From: Microbacteriaceae bacterium | GTDB taxonomy: Bacteria; Actinomycetota; Actinomycetes; Actinomycetales; Microbacteriaceae | DNA length: 64,000 nt | Assembly: GCA_947378555.1 (NCBI GenBank) | Contig: CANCKM010000001.1 | Location: forward strand, 55,372-119,371 | Direction of reading: 5' to 3' | Made by a program: the position numbers and the translations under genes | The notes under the pieces: generated by a model | Databases searched by the model: none | Seen by the model: only the letters and a program-made list of their open reading frames with translations | Told to the model about the DNA's origin: nothing | Shown: one piece after another, positions 30,945 to 40,705 of the stretch | Layout of the letters: every line of letters starts with the position of its first letter | Numbering within the stretch: position 1 is the stretch's first letter

Positions 30945-31781
30945 TTATTCACGCTGGATGGATGAAACCGACCAGGCGTTATCTAGTTTTTGCATTATCG
31001 AGAGCATCTTCACGTCTTTTATTTGAGGGTCGGCTTCACACCGCAAACTGAAGTTGAGTTGGGCGTATCCACCGAGTTGAACAAGGCGATCAACCACGAT
31101 GGATACTCCTTGCGGCTCAAACAACTCAGCGATAGCCTTCGTAAGCAGGCTCGGGTCTGCAACTTCACGTATCGAAGCAAGCGCCACCTTGTATTCTTCG
31201 AGGTTTAGGCAACTCGAGACAACCGGGGTGCTTGGGCTGTTCGTGACATCAATCGAACTGACTCGCTTGTCGATGAGCTGTGGCGCTCTACCCGCGCCGC
31301 CAAAATTTTGCGTGATAGCTAAGACCGTGGCAAACGCTATTCCGAGTCCAATCAGCGACCTCGGTCCAAATGACGCTCGATTCCTTGGATTTTCCTGCCC
31401 GCTCAGTTGACGCCATCCAACGCCGTGGAAATAAACCTGCGAGACGGTCTGAACCGATCGAATGCGATTCCGAAGGTCTACCGCTGTCACAGCGGACACA
31501 AATACGAATGGCTCGCCACTGTGATCTCTGGCAACTCTAGAACTAGTACCAGCCAGAACGCCATCGAGCACCGCAAAGCTGCCAACGTTCGCAAACTTGG
31601 AGAAGAATACCGCGCAACCTGGTTCCCCAAGATATTCGGCCTGACAAACCCAGAGCCCTTTTGTCCTTCGGCAAGCGCTCGTAAAACTGTAGTTCCAGGC
31701 GCGCGGTGGTCTGCGCCCAAAGGGATTCAAGACAAACATTTTTGAAGTCAACTTCAAAAACCTCTTTAGAAACCCGGACAC
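30945..31781 (-). CDS. Hypothetical protein with one predicted central TM helix
   Basis: Open frame fills the sucB-lipB gap; CACAAT 6 nt before GTG 31781 (alternative ATG at 31739); hydrophobic SLIGLGIAFATVLAIT; no family recognised. Confidence 0.55.
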   Translation of the reverse strand: MSGFLKRFLKLTSKMFVLNPFGRRPPRAWNYSFTSACRRTKGLWVCQAEYLGEPGCAVFFSKFANVGSFAVLDGVLAGTSSRVARDHSGEPFVFVSAVTAVDLRNRIRSVQTVSQVYFHGVGWRQLSGQENPRNRASFGPRSLIGLGIAFATVLAITQNFGGAGRAPQLIDKRVSSIDVTNSPSTPVVSSCLNLEEYKVALASIREVADPSLLTKAIAELFEPQGVSIVVDRLVQLGGYAQLNFSLRCEADPQIKDVKMLSIMQKLDNAWSVSSIQRE

Positions 31782-31853
31782 GATCAAATTGTGGAAAGCC
31801 TGCTCTCTCAGGGACACGAACTTGGGAAGTAGGACAAAGGGTAGAATTGCGCA

Positions 31854-32492
31854 GTGCCAAAATTCGTGAACCTCGGCTTCGAGCCAGACTTTGTCCCCTA
31901 CCTCGATGCATTGCGCGAGCAGAGGGCTGTTCACGCGCTGGTGGCAGCGGGTCAACAAGAGGACACGGTTCTGCTTCTTGAGCACGAATCGGTCTACACT
32001 GCCGGTAAGCGCACCGAAGACTCGGAACGGCCAACCGACGGAACCCCTGTTCTCGATGTAGATCGGGGCGGAAAAATCACCTGGCACGGCCCGGGCCAAC
32101 TCGTCGGGTATCCAATAATGACGCTTCCAAAACCCATAGACGTGGTGGCTTATGTGCGCTGGCTCGAACAGGTTCTAATCGATAGCATTGCGGACTTCGG
32201 GCTCTTGACCGAGAGAGTCGAGGGCAGATCAGGTGTCTGGGCTCCGATTCCGGGTGGTCACCTCAAGATTGCAGCGATTGGAATCCGAGTGGCAGACCAC
32301 GTCACCATGCACGGGTTCGCACTCAACTGCAATAACTCACTTGACGCTTATGACACAATCATCGCCTGCGGCATTCGCGATGCCGGAACCAGCACAATTA
32401 GTATTCTGACCGGTAAAGAGGTCACCCCCGCGATGGCGGCTGAACGAATAAAGCATCACCTGACACGAATAGGCACGAGGATTGCGGCATGA
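31854..32492 (+). CDS. lipB: Octanoyltransferase LipB
   Basis: [33 protein letters not shown] and HGFALN motifs. Confidence 0.95.
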   Translation: MPKFVNLGFEPDFVPYLDALREQRAVHALVAAGQQEDTVLLLEHESVYTAGKRTEDSERPTDGTPVLDVDRGGKITWHGPGQLVGYPIMTLPKPIDVVAYVRWLEQVLIDSIADFGLLTERVEGRSGVWAPIPGGHLKIAAIGIRVADHVTMHGFALNCNNSLDAYDTIIACGIRDAGTSTISILTGKEVTPAMAAERIKHHLTRIGTRIAA

Positions 32493-33493
32493 CCGAAGCA
32501 AATAAGCCAGTTGAAAAACGTCTGCTGAGAATCGAGGCGCGAAACAGTGCCGTTCCCATCGAGCGCAAACCGGAGTGGATCAAAACCAAGGCAAAGATGG
32601 GCCCGGAGTATCAGGCCCTGCATGCACTGGTGAAGTCCGAGAACTTGCACACGGTTTGTCAGGAAGCTGGATGCCCGAATATTTTTGAATGTTGGGAAGA
32701 TCGGGAAGCGACATTCCTCATCGGTGGCTCTCAGTGCACCAGACGCTGTGACTTCTGCCAAATCGACACCGGCAAGCCCGACGCCTTCGACCCGGACGAA
32801 CCTAGACGAGTTGCCGTGTCGGTTAAACGCATGCAACTGCGGTACGCAACCGTGACCGGAGTGGCTCGCGATGACATGCCTGACGAAGGCGCCTGGCTTT
32901 ACGCCGAGACCATCAAGCAGATTCACCGCAAATCCCCCGGCACCGGTGTGGAAATCTTGGTTCCGGATTTCTCCGGCAAGCCGGAGCTGCTAAAAAAGGT
33001 CTTTGATGCGGCACCGGAGGTGTTTGCACACAACGTTGAAACGGTTCCGCGAATTTTTAAGGAAATCCGCCCAGCCTTTAGGTACGAACGAAGCCTCGAC
33101 GTGATTACCCAGGCCCGCGAGTATGGATTAGTGACAAAGTCGAATTTGATTCTTGGGATGGGTGAAACGCGCGAGGAAGTTTCGCAGGCGATGATCGACC
33201 TCTTCAATGCCGGAACCGACATCCTCACCATCACCCAGTACCTGAGACCAAGCCTCAAACATCACCCGGTGACCCGATGGGTTAAGCCAGAAGAATTCGT
33301 GGAGTTGAAGCAAGAGGGCGACGAGCTCGGATTCCTAGGCGTGCTCAGCGGGCCGTTGGTGAGAAGTTCCTATCGAGCTGGGCGGCTTTGGGCACAGTCG
33401 ATGATGAAGAAGGGCTTGGAAATTCCCGAGAACCTTCAACATTTGGCTATTGCAGCTGCGAAAGACGGTTTCTCACAGGCCGTTGCAAGCTAA
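32489..33493 (+). CDS. lipA: Lipoyl synthase
   Basis: [20 protein letters not shown] radical-SAM motif, RSSY. Confidence 0.97.
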   Translation: MTEANKPVEKRLLRIEARNSAVPIERKPEWIKTKAKMGPEYQALHALVKSENLHTVCQEAGCPNIFECWEDREATFLIGGSQCTRRCDFCQIDTGKPDAFDPDEPRRVAVSVKRMQLRYATVTGVARDDMPDEGAWLYAETIKQIHRKSPGTGVEILVPDFSGKPELLKKVFDAAPEVFAHNVETVPRIFKEIRPAFRYERSLDVITQAREYGLVTKSNLILGMGETREEVSQAMIDLFNAGTDILTITQYLRPSLKHHPVTRWVKPEEFVELKQEGDELGFLGVLSGPLVRSSYRAGRLWAQSMMKKGLEIPENLQHLAIAAAKDGFSQAVAS

Positions 33494-33513
33494 CTGGAAG
33501 GTAGGCTATACGA

Positions 33514-34215
33514 ATGGCTAAAGAAAAGACCCCTAAAGCAAACAAACCAGACGGACGATTTAAGCAACTCATCCGGGTGTTTAAGCTAACCATTCAGCGT
33601 GATCGGGCCGCTCTTTGGTACACGCTGGCCGCCTTTGTAGCACCCACGGTCGCAGGTATTTTGGCCGGTGTGTTCCTTAGCGCTGGCAATGCACTAACCG
33701 CCGGTCTTTGGATTTTCACGGGTGTTCTAGCGGGTGTTTTGGTTGCCCTCATCGTGTTGTCAAGGCGAGCCGAGCGCACCGCTTATTCCCAAATCGAAGG
33801 CCAACCCGGCGCGGTCGGTGCCGTCTTGAAGACCGCACTAAAGCGCGGCTGGAGTGGCAGTGAAATGCCGGTAGCCATGAACCCAAGAACTCAAGAAGCC
33901 GTATACCGGGCCGTCGGGCCTGCCGGAGTCATTCTGATTGGTGAGGGAACGCGTAGCCGAGTTCAGGTGCTCCTAGAGGACGAACGACGCAAGGTGAACC
34001 GCGTGGCTCAAGGCTCCCCAGTGCACTTCATCTACGTTTGTGGCGACGAAGAGTCAACACCGCTGGCAAAACTGAGTTCAACAATGCTGCGTTTCAAGCG
34101 CAAACTAAACAAGTCAGAGGTCTCCGCGGTCAGTGCTCGCCTGCGCACGGTTGGGCTCAAACTTCCTATTCCTAAGGGAATGGACCCAAGCCGAGCCAGA
34201 GCTCAACGACGCTAA
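33514..34215 (+). CDS. DUF4191 family membrane protein
   Basis: Two TM helices, GQPGA.GAVL, R.VG..GV.LIGEG and IPKG.DP motifs; usual neighbour of lipA. Confidence 0.85.
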   Translation: MAKEKTPKANKPDGRFKQLIRVFKLTIQRDRAALWYTLAAFVAPTVAGILAGVFLSAGNALTAGLWIFTGVLAGVLVALIVLSRRAERTAYSQIEGQPGAVGAVLKTALKRGWSGSEMPVAMNPRTQEAVYRAVGPAGVILIGEGTRSRVQVLLEDERRKVNRVAQGSPVHFIYVCGDEESTPLAKLSSTMLRFKRKLNKSEVSAVSARLRTVGLKLPIPKGMDPSRARAQRR

Positions 34216-34236
34216 AGCGCCATTGCTAACGATGAT

Positions 34237-34677
34237 CTAAAGGCGGACCAGAACGGTCCCCACGGCCTTGTCTTGAAGGCCACGATTATCGGCGTCCCAG
34301 ATTGTGGCTGGTATCAGCAAGAGCAAAAGTCCGACTCGAATCAACGACCTCCAAAAGCCAATCCATTTTCCGTCGAGCCGTCGAACGGCGATGCCCACCG
34401 CGCGGTGACCGAGAGTGTATCCCAGGGTTGCCACCATGATCCATTGCTCGAGGGCAAAGGTGACTAAGACCACGAGGTTTTCGGCTCTGGTTGCACGAAC
34501 CCAATCAGCATCGGTTGCAGCCGAGGCGGTGTAATGGAAGAACGCAAGCATCACCAGATTTGCGAAGCCCCAATCAATAAGCAGAGCGATTACTCTGCGG
34601 CCCATTTTTGCGATGCTCCCCGGCCCGCTCTCAGGTATCCCAAGTCGCTTGCCTGCCCAGTTTGATTCGCTCTTCAC
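34237..34677 (-). CDS. RDD family protein
   Basis: G.RLG.P..GPGS.A..GRR..A..IDW and D.D.RGL.D...GT motifs; divergent from glnA. Confidence 0.88.
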   Translation of the reverse strand: MKSESNWAGKRLGIPESGPGSIAKMGRRVIALLIDWGFANLVMLAFFHYTASAATDADWVRATRAENLVVLVTFALEQWIMVATLGYTLGHRAVGIAVRRLDGKWIGFWRSLIRVGLLLLLIPATIWDADNRGLQDKAVGTVLVRL

Positions 34678-34700
34678 CTAGAAAGCCTAAATCAAAAAGT

Positions 34701-34753
34701 TTTACATCCTTGAAACAAAATTCGCGCAGGTAGCAAACCCGTCTAGGTAGACT
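34701..34753 (+). promoter_or_regulatory. Putative GlnR a-b site (TTTAC-n6-GAAAC) and -10 TAGACT upstream of glnA
   Basis: Resembles the actinobacterial GlnR box gTnAc-n6-GaAAc at 34701-34716; -10 at 34748-34753. Confidence 0.5.
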
Positions 34754-34819
34754 TAACGTGTTGGCGTGACGGAGCGCCGAACCTCAAACCCGTAAATAAA
34801 TTTGAAGGGATATTCCCCT

Positions 34820-36256
34820 ATGTTCAAGACCGCCTCAGAGGTTGTTAAGTACATCAAGGAAAACAACGTTAAATTCCTAGATGTTCGCTTCACAGACCTA
34901 CCTGGTGTTCAGCAGCACTTTAACCTTCCAGCCGCGATGATTGACGAGCAGTTCTTCGTCGATGGTCAGTTGTTTGATGGTTCATCGATCCGCGGCTTTG
35001 CATCAATTCACGAATCAGACATGCAGTTGATTCCGGATGTCACCACCGCTTACTTGGACGCCTTCCGTGTCGAGAAGACCCTGGTTATGATCTTCGACAT
35101 CTACAACCCACGCAACGGCGAGATTTACGCCAAGGACCCACGTCAGGTTGCTCGCAAGGCTCAGGCCTACCTATCGAGCACCGGTATCGCAGACACCGCT
35201 TTCTTCGCTCCAGAAGCTGAATTCTTCATCTTTGACGACGTTCGCTACGAATACAAGCAAAACGGTTCGTTCCACTCGATCGACTCTTCAGAGGCTGCTT
35301 GGAACTCGGGCCGCGACGAACGAGTCAATGGTCAGGGCGGAAACCTTGCAAACAAGACTCCTTACAAGGGTGGCTACTTCCCAGTTTCACCAGTTGACCA
35401 GCACGTAGACATGCGCGACAACATCGTTCTAGAGCTTGAGGCCGCCGGTCTTGCCGTCGAGCGAAGCCACCACGAGGTTGGTACCGCAGGTCAGGGTGAA
35501 ATCAACTACCGATTCGACACACTGTTGAGCTCGGCAGATGACATCCTCAAGTTCAAGTACATCGTCAAGAACGTGGCTCACCGCTACGGCAAGACTGCAA
35601 CCTTTATGCCAAAGCCACTCTTCGGAGACAACGGCTCAGGCATGCACGTTCACCAGTCGCTCTGGCAAGACGGCAAGCCACTGTTCTATGACGAGTCCGG
35701 CTATGGCGGCCTCAGCGACCTAGCTCGCTGGTACATCGGTGGTCTGTTGAAGCACGCTCCAAGCTTGCTTGCATTCACCAACCCAACCGTGAACAGCTAC
35801 CACCGTCTAGTACCTGGCTTCGAAGCACCGGTGAACCTGGTCTACTCGGCTGGAAACCGCTCCGCTGCCATTCGCATCCCGATGACTGGAACCAACCCGA
35901 AGGCTAAGCGCATTGAGTTCCGCGCTCCTGACGCCTCGAGCAACCCTTACCTAGCCTTCGCGGCTATGTTGATGGCTGGTCTCGATGGAATCAAGAACCG
36001 CATTGAGCCACACGAGCCAGTCGACAAGGACCTCTACGAGTTGCCACCGGAGGAAGCCAAGTTGATTCCTCAGGTTCCAGGCAACCTAGAAGACGTGCTG
36101 AAAGCCCTCGAAGCCGATCACGATTACCTGCTTGCAGGCGATGTATTCACCAAGGATCTGATTGAGACCTGGATTGACTACAAGCGCGAGCACGAAATCA
36201 AGCCATTGGCATTGCGACCTCACCCATACGAGTTCGAGCTTTACTACGGCGTCTAA
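34820..36256 (+). CDS. glnA: Glutamine synthetase type I (GSI-beta)
   Basis: [40 protein letters not shown] and adenylylation site DKDLYEL. Confidence 0.97.
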   Translation: MFKTASEVVKYIKENNVKFLDVRFTDLPGVQQHFNLPAAMIDEQFFVDGQLFDGSSIRGFASIHESDMQLIPDVTTAYLDAFRVEKTLVMIFDIYNPRNGEIYAKDPRQVARKAQAYLSSTGIADTAFFAPEAEFFIFDDVRYEYKQNGSFHSIDSSEAAWNSGRDERVNGQGGNLANKTPYKGGYFPVSPVDQHVDMRDNIVLELEAAGLAVERSHHEVGTAGQGEINYRFDTLLSSADDILKFKYIVKNVAHRYGKTATFMPKPLFGDNGSGMHVHQSLWQDGKPLFYDESGYGGLSDLARWYIGGLLKHAPSLLAFTNPTVNSYHRLVPGFEAPVNLVYSAGNRSAAIRIPMTGTNPKAKRIEFRAPDASSNPYLAFAAMLMAGLDGIKNRIEPHEPVDKDLYELPPEEAKLIPQVPGNLEDVLKALEADHDYLLAGDVFTKDLIETWIDYKREHEIKPLALRPHPYEFELYYGV

Positions 36257-36266
36257 AAATTGCTCT

Positions 36267-36302
36267 AAAAAAGGCCACTCCCATTGGGGAGTGGCCTTTT
36301 TT
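36267..36302. terminator. Bidirectional intrinsic terminator between convergent glnA and glnE
   Basis: Perfect 16-bp inverted repeat AAAAAAGGCCACTCCC-ATTG-GGGAGTGGCCTTTTTT. Confidence 0.9.
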
Positions 36303-39300
36303 ATAGAGACATATCTTCGTTGTGCCATTCATAAAAGACTCGTTCGAAGACGATACGGGCCCTGCGAGTGAAAGCCAAGTAATCCTGTTCAAGTTGGCTC
36401 GAACTGAATCTGGGATATTCCAAGATTCGAGCCAAACCCTCAAGTTGCTTTCGATCTGTCGGTAAGACGTCAGATTTTTTTCCGGTCCAAAGCACAGCAG
36501 CTGATCTAACTCGCGAAGCAAGCGTCCAAGCCTCGGCTAACACTCTCGCATCATGGTCTGCAATCAATCCGGCCTCGGCGCACTCAGCCAAAGCCTGCAG
36601 AGTCTTTGGGCTTCGAATTGAGGGGAAGTCTTTGGCAAACCTCAACTGCAGAAGTTGCACTAACCACTCGACATCGCTCAACGAACCGGGTCCGAGCTTC
36701 AGATGACGCTTGGGGTCTGCACCCAAAGGAAGCCTCTCGGTCTCTACCCTCGCCTTGATCCGCCGAATGTCGATAACCGCGGATTCCTTTAGTTCGGCTG
36801 GGTATCGATAACTATCAATCAACTTGGTGAACTCAGTCACCAAGGATTCGCTCCCAGCTATCGGCCTCGCCCTCAACAAGGCCTGTGATTCCCAAGTGTT
36901 GGCCCAACGCTCGTAATACTTGGCATAGGAATTTATGGAACGAGCTATGGGGCCGTTCTTGCCCTCGGGTCTCAAATCCAAGTCGAGCTCAAATTCCAAG
37001 ACCTGATCGGCGGTACAACGGCGCAACTCCGCAATCACCCGCTCGGCCAAGGTCTGAGCGAGTTCGGGATCTGCTCCCTCCAACACCCGGTAAACAAACA
37101 TGACATCGGCGTCCGAGCCGAACCCAAGTTCCTGGCCGCCGAATCGACCCATAGCTACTATCCCAAAATCTAGAACTTCCGAAATCGGGACGTTTGCTAA
37201 CTCGGAACCGAGTGGGCCAAGGATGGCACTGAGCGCACCAACTAGGTACCCCTCGGTGATGTCGCTCAATCCCTGTGCCACCTGATCGATAGAAAGATCC
37301 CCCAGAACCGCACCCATCGCCACTCGCAAAGTCTCGCGTCGCCTTAGGGCCCGAAGCGCAGCGGCCAAAGTTTCTAACTCCTGATGTCTTGAGATTGTGG
37401 CAGACACCTCTGCCTGAAACTCATCCATCGTTATTGGAATCAGGTCTTCGGATTTCTCGAACCAAGCAGCGGCCTCGGGAACCCTTTCAAACAAGTTTGT
37501 CGCCAAACGACTATTTGAGAGAACCTGCGTCATGCGCTCGGCAGCACCACTCGAATCGCGCAACATTCTGAGATACCAGTGAGAGTCACCTAGGTCCTCA
37601 CTTAGGCGTCTGAAGGCCAACAGTGCGGCATCTGGGTCAGTCCCCTGCGCGAACCATTCGAGCAAAACCGGAAGCAATTGACGTTGGATTGCCGCACGCC
37701 TTGATAGGCCAGAGGTGAGGGCGGAAATATGCGCAAGCGCACCTTTGGAATCTACGAAACCAATCGCCCGAAGCCTGTCCTCGGCCTGGTCGGTAGAGAG
37801 AGTCAAGTCGCTTTCGCTCAGTTTGCTTACCGCAGACAGTAGCGGGCGGTAGAAGAGCTTCTGATGAAGGCTGCGCACTTCGGACTTCACCTGCTCCCAG
37901 CGCTCTAGCAGTTCAGCCGTGTTGCTCTTGGTGTCAACTGATCTGGCCAACGCACGCAGTGCGGTTTCAGAGGTTGGCATCAGGTGGGTGCGGCGCATCT
38001 GAGAGAGTTGGATTCGATGCTCGAGAAGCCTTAGAAAACGATAGTGGCGGGCCAAGATTCCGGCCTCTTCGCGAGCAATGTAGCCAGCCGAAGCCAAAGC
38101 CTCGACTCCAGAAATCGTGTCGCGAATGCGAACGCTCTCATCGGTTCGACCGTGAACGAGCTGAAGCAGCTGAATGGTGAACTCGATGTCACGTAATCCC
38201 CCGGGCCCGAGCTTCAGTTGCCGGTCTACCTCGGAGCTTGGAATGTAATCGGTCACCCTCTGGCGCATCTTTTGAACCGACTCAACGAAGTTTGCCCTAG
38301 TTGAAGCGCTCCAAACCTTTGGCGCGAGAGCATCAACGTAGTCTTGGCCGAGTTGAAGGTCCCCGGCAATCGGCCTGGCTTTAAGCAAGGCCTGAAACTC
38401 CCAACTCTCGGCCCAGCGATCGTAATAAGCCAGATGCGATTCAAGAGTTCGAACCAGAGCCCCGGACTTACCCTCCGGGCGCAGGTTGGCATCCACCTGC
38501 CAAAGCATCGGCTCACGCGCAGTGCCGTCAATGGCCCTCATTAGTCGAGCCGCCAATCTAGTAGCAACTTCAACAGCGCGCTGGCTGGTCAGCACCCCAT
38601 CGACACCCTCGGCCACAAAAATTACGTCAACGTCGCTGATGTAGTTGAGCTCACGAGCCCCACACTTGCCCATCCCGATGACGGTCAACCTGGTGGCAGC
38701 AACCTCATCCATCGAAAAAATACCGTGAACGGTACTGCTGGTTAACTCGTGCCGAGCGATTGCCAGGGCACCCTCGAGCGCGGCACCGGCCAGATCCGAG
38801 AGCCCCGCCGCCACGCTTTGCATCGCCGCCTCACCAGAAGGCTGGGTTAGATCAAAAATCGCCAACTGTAACAACTCGACTCGGTATTGCAACCTGAGCG
38901 CATTCCAAGATTCTTCAACGTTTGGCTGACTGAAGGTGGGCTGAATCGCATTCAACAACGCGGCGTTTAATTGCTCGGGCGTCTTAATTCGATGGATAGG
39001 TTTCTCGAACAGCACCAACTGCTGCGGGCTGCGCCTCAAAAAATCCACCAGCGCGGAAGACGCACCGAGCACCCTGCATAAGCGGTCGGCCGAATCAGAT
39101 TTGACCAGGATTTTCTTGACGGCCGCTCGGTTTTTATCGGCCAAATCTAAGAGCGCATTCAATGCCTGATCAGGGTCGGCCACCTTGGCGAGCGAAGCTA
39201 AAGCAGAATGCCCACTGTCACCCACCAAGCCAACCAGTTGATCCAGTTTGGCAACCGTCGAACCCAAATCGGCGAAACCGTACTTGGCCAGCTCGGTTAG

Positions 39301-39324
39301 GCCAAACGAACGTTCAGCGGTCAT
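36301..39324 (-). CDS. glnE: Glutamine synthetase adenylyltransferase / adenylyl-removing enzyme
   Basis: Two NTase domains: MGKCGARELNYISDVD and MGRFGGQELGFGSDAD; LRPEG twice. Confidence 0.95.
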   Translation of the reverse strand: MTAERSFGLTELAKYGFADLGSTVAKLDQLVGLVGDSGHSALASLAKVADPDQALNALLDLADKNRAAVKKILVKSDSADRLCRVLGASSALVDFLRRSPQQLVLFEKPIHRIKTPEQLNAALLNAIQPTFSQPNVEESWNALRLQYRVELLQLAIFDLTQPSGEAAMQSVAAGLSDLAGAALEGALAIARHELTSSTVHGIFSMDEVAATRLTVIGMGKCGARELNYISDVDVIFVAEGVDGVLTSQRAVEVATRLAARLMRAIDGTAREPMLWQVDANLRPEGKSGALVRTLESHLAYYDRWAESWEFQALLKARPIAGDLQLGQDYVDALAPKVWSASTRANFVESVQKMRQRVTDYIPSSEVDRQLKLGPGGLRDIEFTIQLLQLVHGRTDESVRIRDTISGVEALASAGYIAREEAGILARHYRFLRLLEHRIQLSQMRRTHLMPTSETALRALARSVDTKSNTAELLERWEQVKSEVRSLHQKLFYRPLLSAVSKLSESDLTLSTDQAEDRLRAIGFVDSKGALAHISALTSGLSRRAAIQRQLLPVLLEWFAQGTDPDAALLAFRRLSEDLGDSHWYLRMLRDSSGAAERMTQVLSNSRLATNLFERVPEAAAWFEKSEDLIPITMDEFQAEVSATISRHQELETLAAALRALRRRETLRVAMGAVLGDLSIDQVAQGLSDITEGYLVGALSAILGPLGSELANVPISEVLDFGIVAMGRFGGQELGFGSDADVMFVYRVLEGADPELAQTLAERVIAELRRCTADQVLEFELDLDLRPEGKNGPIARSINSYAKYYERWANTWESQALLRARPIAGSESLVTEFTKLIDSYRYPAELKESAVIDIRRIKARVETERLPLGADPKRHLKLGPGSLSDVEWLVQLLQLRFAKDFPSIRSPKTLQALAECAEAGLIADHDARVLAEAWTLASRVRSAAVLWTGKKSDVLPTDRKQLEGLARILEYPRFSSSQLEQDYLAFTRRARIVFERVFYEWHNEDMSL

Positions 39325-39328
39325 AAGG

Positions 39329-40666
39329 CTAAAGAGTCTCTAGGTTTTTCTTCAACTCGTAAGGAGTTACCTGTGCGCGATATTCGCTCCACTCACGGCG
39401 CTTATTGGCAAGGACGTAGCTGAAGACCTGCTCGCCCAGAGTCTCGGCCGCTAACTCCGATTCCTCGAGTTTGCGAATCGCGTGGTCAAGACTCTGCGGC
39501 AGTGGTTGGATTCCCATCGCCCGTCTCTCACTGTCGGTCAGATTCCAGACGTTGTCTTCGGTCTCCGGTGGCAGTTGATATTCCTCTTCGATACCCTTCA
39601 TGCCGGCCGAAAGAATAAGGGCGTAGGCAAGATATGGGTTAGCGGCCGAGTCAATGGCACGGTACTCAATTCTTGAGCTCTGCCCCTTGGCTGGCTTATA
39701 AAGCGGAACCCTGATTAGCGCAGAGCGGTTGTTGTGACCCCAGCAAACAAAGCTCGGAGCCTCGCCGCCACCCCAAAGTCGCTTATAGGAGTTCACGTAC
39801 TGATTCGTCACCGCTGTGATTTCGGGCGCGTGACGGAGCACTCCGGCAATGAAGTGCTTGGCGGTCTTAGAGAGGTGATACTGAGCCGATGGATCAAAGA
39901 ATGCGTTGGTGTCGCCCTCGAAAAGAGACATGTGGGTGTGCATTCCAGAACCAGGGTGTTCGGTGAACGGCTTTGGCATGAACGTGGCGTAGACGCCCTG
40001 CTCAATTGCTACCTCTTTGATTACGGTGCGGAAGGTCATGATGTTATCGGCCATGGTCAGGGCATCGGCATACCTGAGGTCGATTTCGTTTTGGCCTGGA
40101 CCACCCTCGTGGTGGCTGAACTCAACGCTTATGCCCAGTTGCTCGAGCATCGAAACTGCGCGACGCCTGAAATCGTGAGCGGTGCCTCCCGGAACGTTGT
40201 CAAAGTAACCAGCGTTGTCAACCGGCACGGGGCCCTCAGGGCCAAACTGAGCCGACTTGAGTAGGTAAAACTCAATCTCTGGGTGGATGTAGAACGAAAA
40301 GCCCTTTTCGGAAGCCTTAGCAAGCGCCCGGCGCAAAACGTTTCGCGGGTCAGCTGCAGCCGGTTCACCGTCTGGGGTCTGAATGTCGCAAAACATCCGA
40401 GCGGTTGGATCAATTTCGCCACGCCAAGGAAGAATCTGGAAAGTGCTTGGGTCGGGTTGCGCAAGCATGTCTGCTTCATAGGTGCGCGCGAGACCTTCGA
40501 TTGCCGAACCGTCAAAGCCAAGCCCCTCGGCAAAAGCACCTTCAACTTCGGCGGGAGCGATTGCAACGGATTTCAGGGTTCCAGCTACGTCGGTGAACCA
40601 TAGTCGAATGAACTTGACACCGCGCTCCTCGATGGTTCGAAGCACAAAGTCGCGTTGCTTATCCAT
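39329..40666 (-). CDS. glnA2: GlnA2-type glutamine synthetase family protein
   Basis: MDKQRDFVLRTIEER, FDGSAIEG, HHE.GPGQ.EI, GSGMHTH; no adenylylation Tyr; upstream of glnE. Confidence 0.9.
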   Translation of the reverse strand: MDKQRDFVLRTIEERGVKFIRLWFTDVAGTLKSVAIAPAEVEGAFAEGLGFDGSAIEGLARTYEADMLAQPDPSTFQILPWRGEIDPTARMFCDIQTPDGEPAAADPRNVLRRALAKASEKGFSFYIHPEIEFYLLKSAQFGPEGPVPVDNAGYFDNVPGGTAHDFRRRAVSMLEQLGISVEFSHHEGGPGQNEIDLRYADALTMADNIMTFRTVIKEVAIEQGVYATFMPKPFTEHPGSGMHTHMSLFEGDTNAFFDPSAQYHLSKTAKHFIAGVLRHAPEITAVTNQYVNSYKRLWGGGEAPSFVCWGHNNRSALIRVPLYKPAKGQSSRIEYRAIDSAANPYLAYALILSAGMKGIEEEYQLPPETEDNVWNLTDSERRAMGIQPLPQSLDHAIRKLEESELAAETLGEQVFSYVLANKRREWSEYRAQVTPYELKKNLETL

Positions 40667-40705
40667 TTGGCTTTCCTCTCTCGGCCTGCTACTAGGCTAA
40701 TGGTT

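Noticed and set aside
31782-32099. N-terminal part of the 384-aa minus-strand ORF
   Set aside because: Mostly antisense to lipB and its promoter; a better start exists at 31781 or 31739
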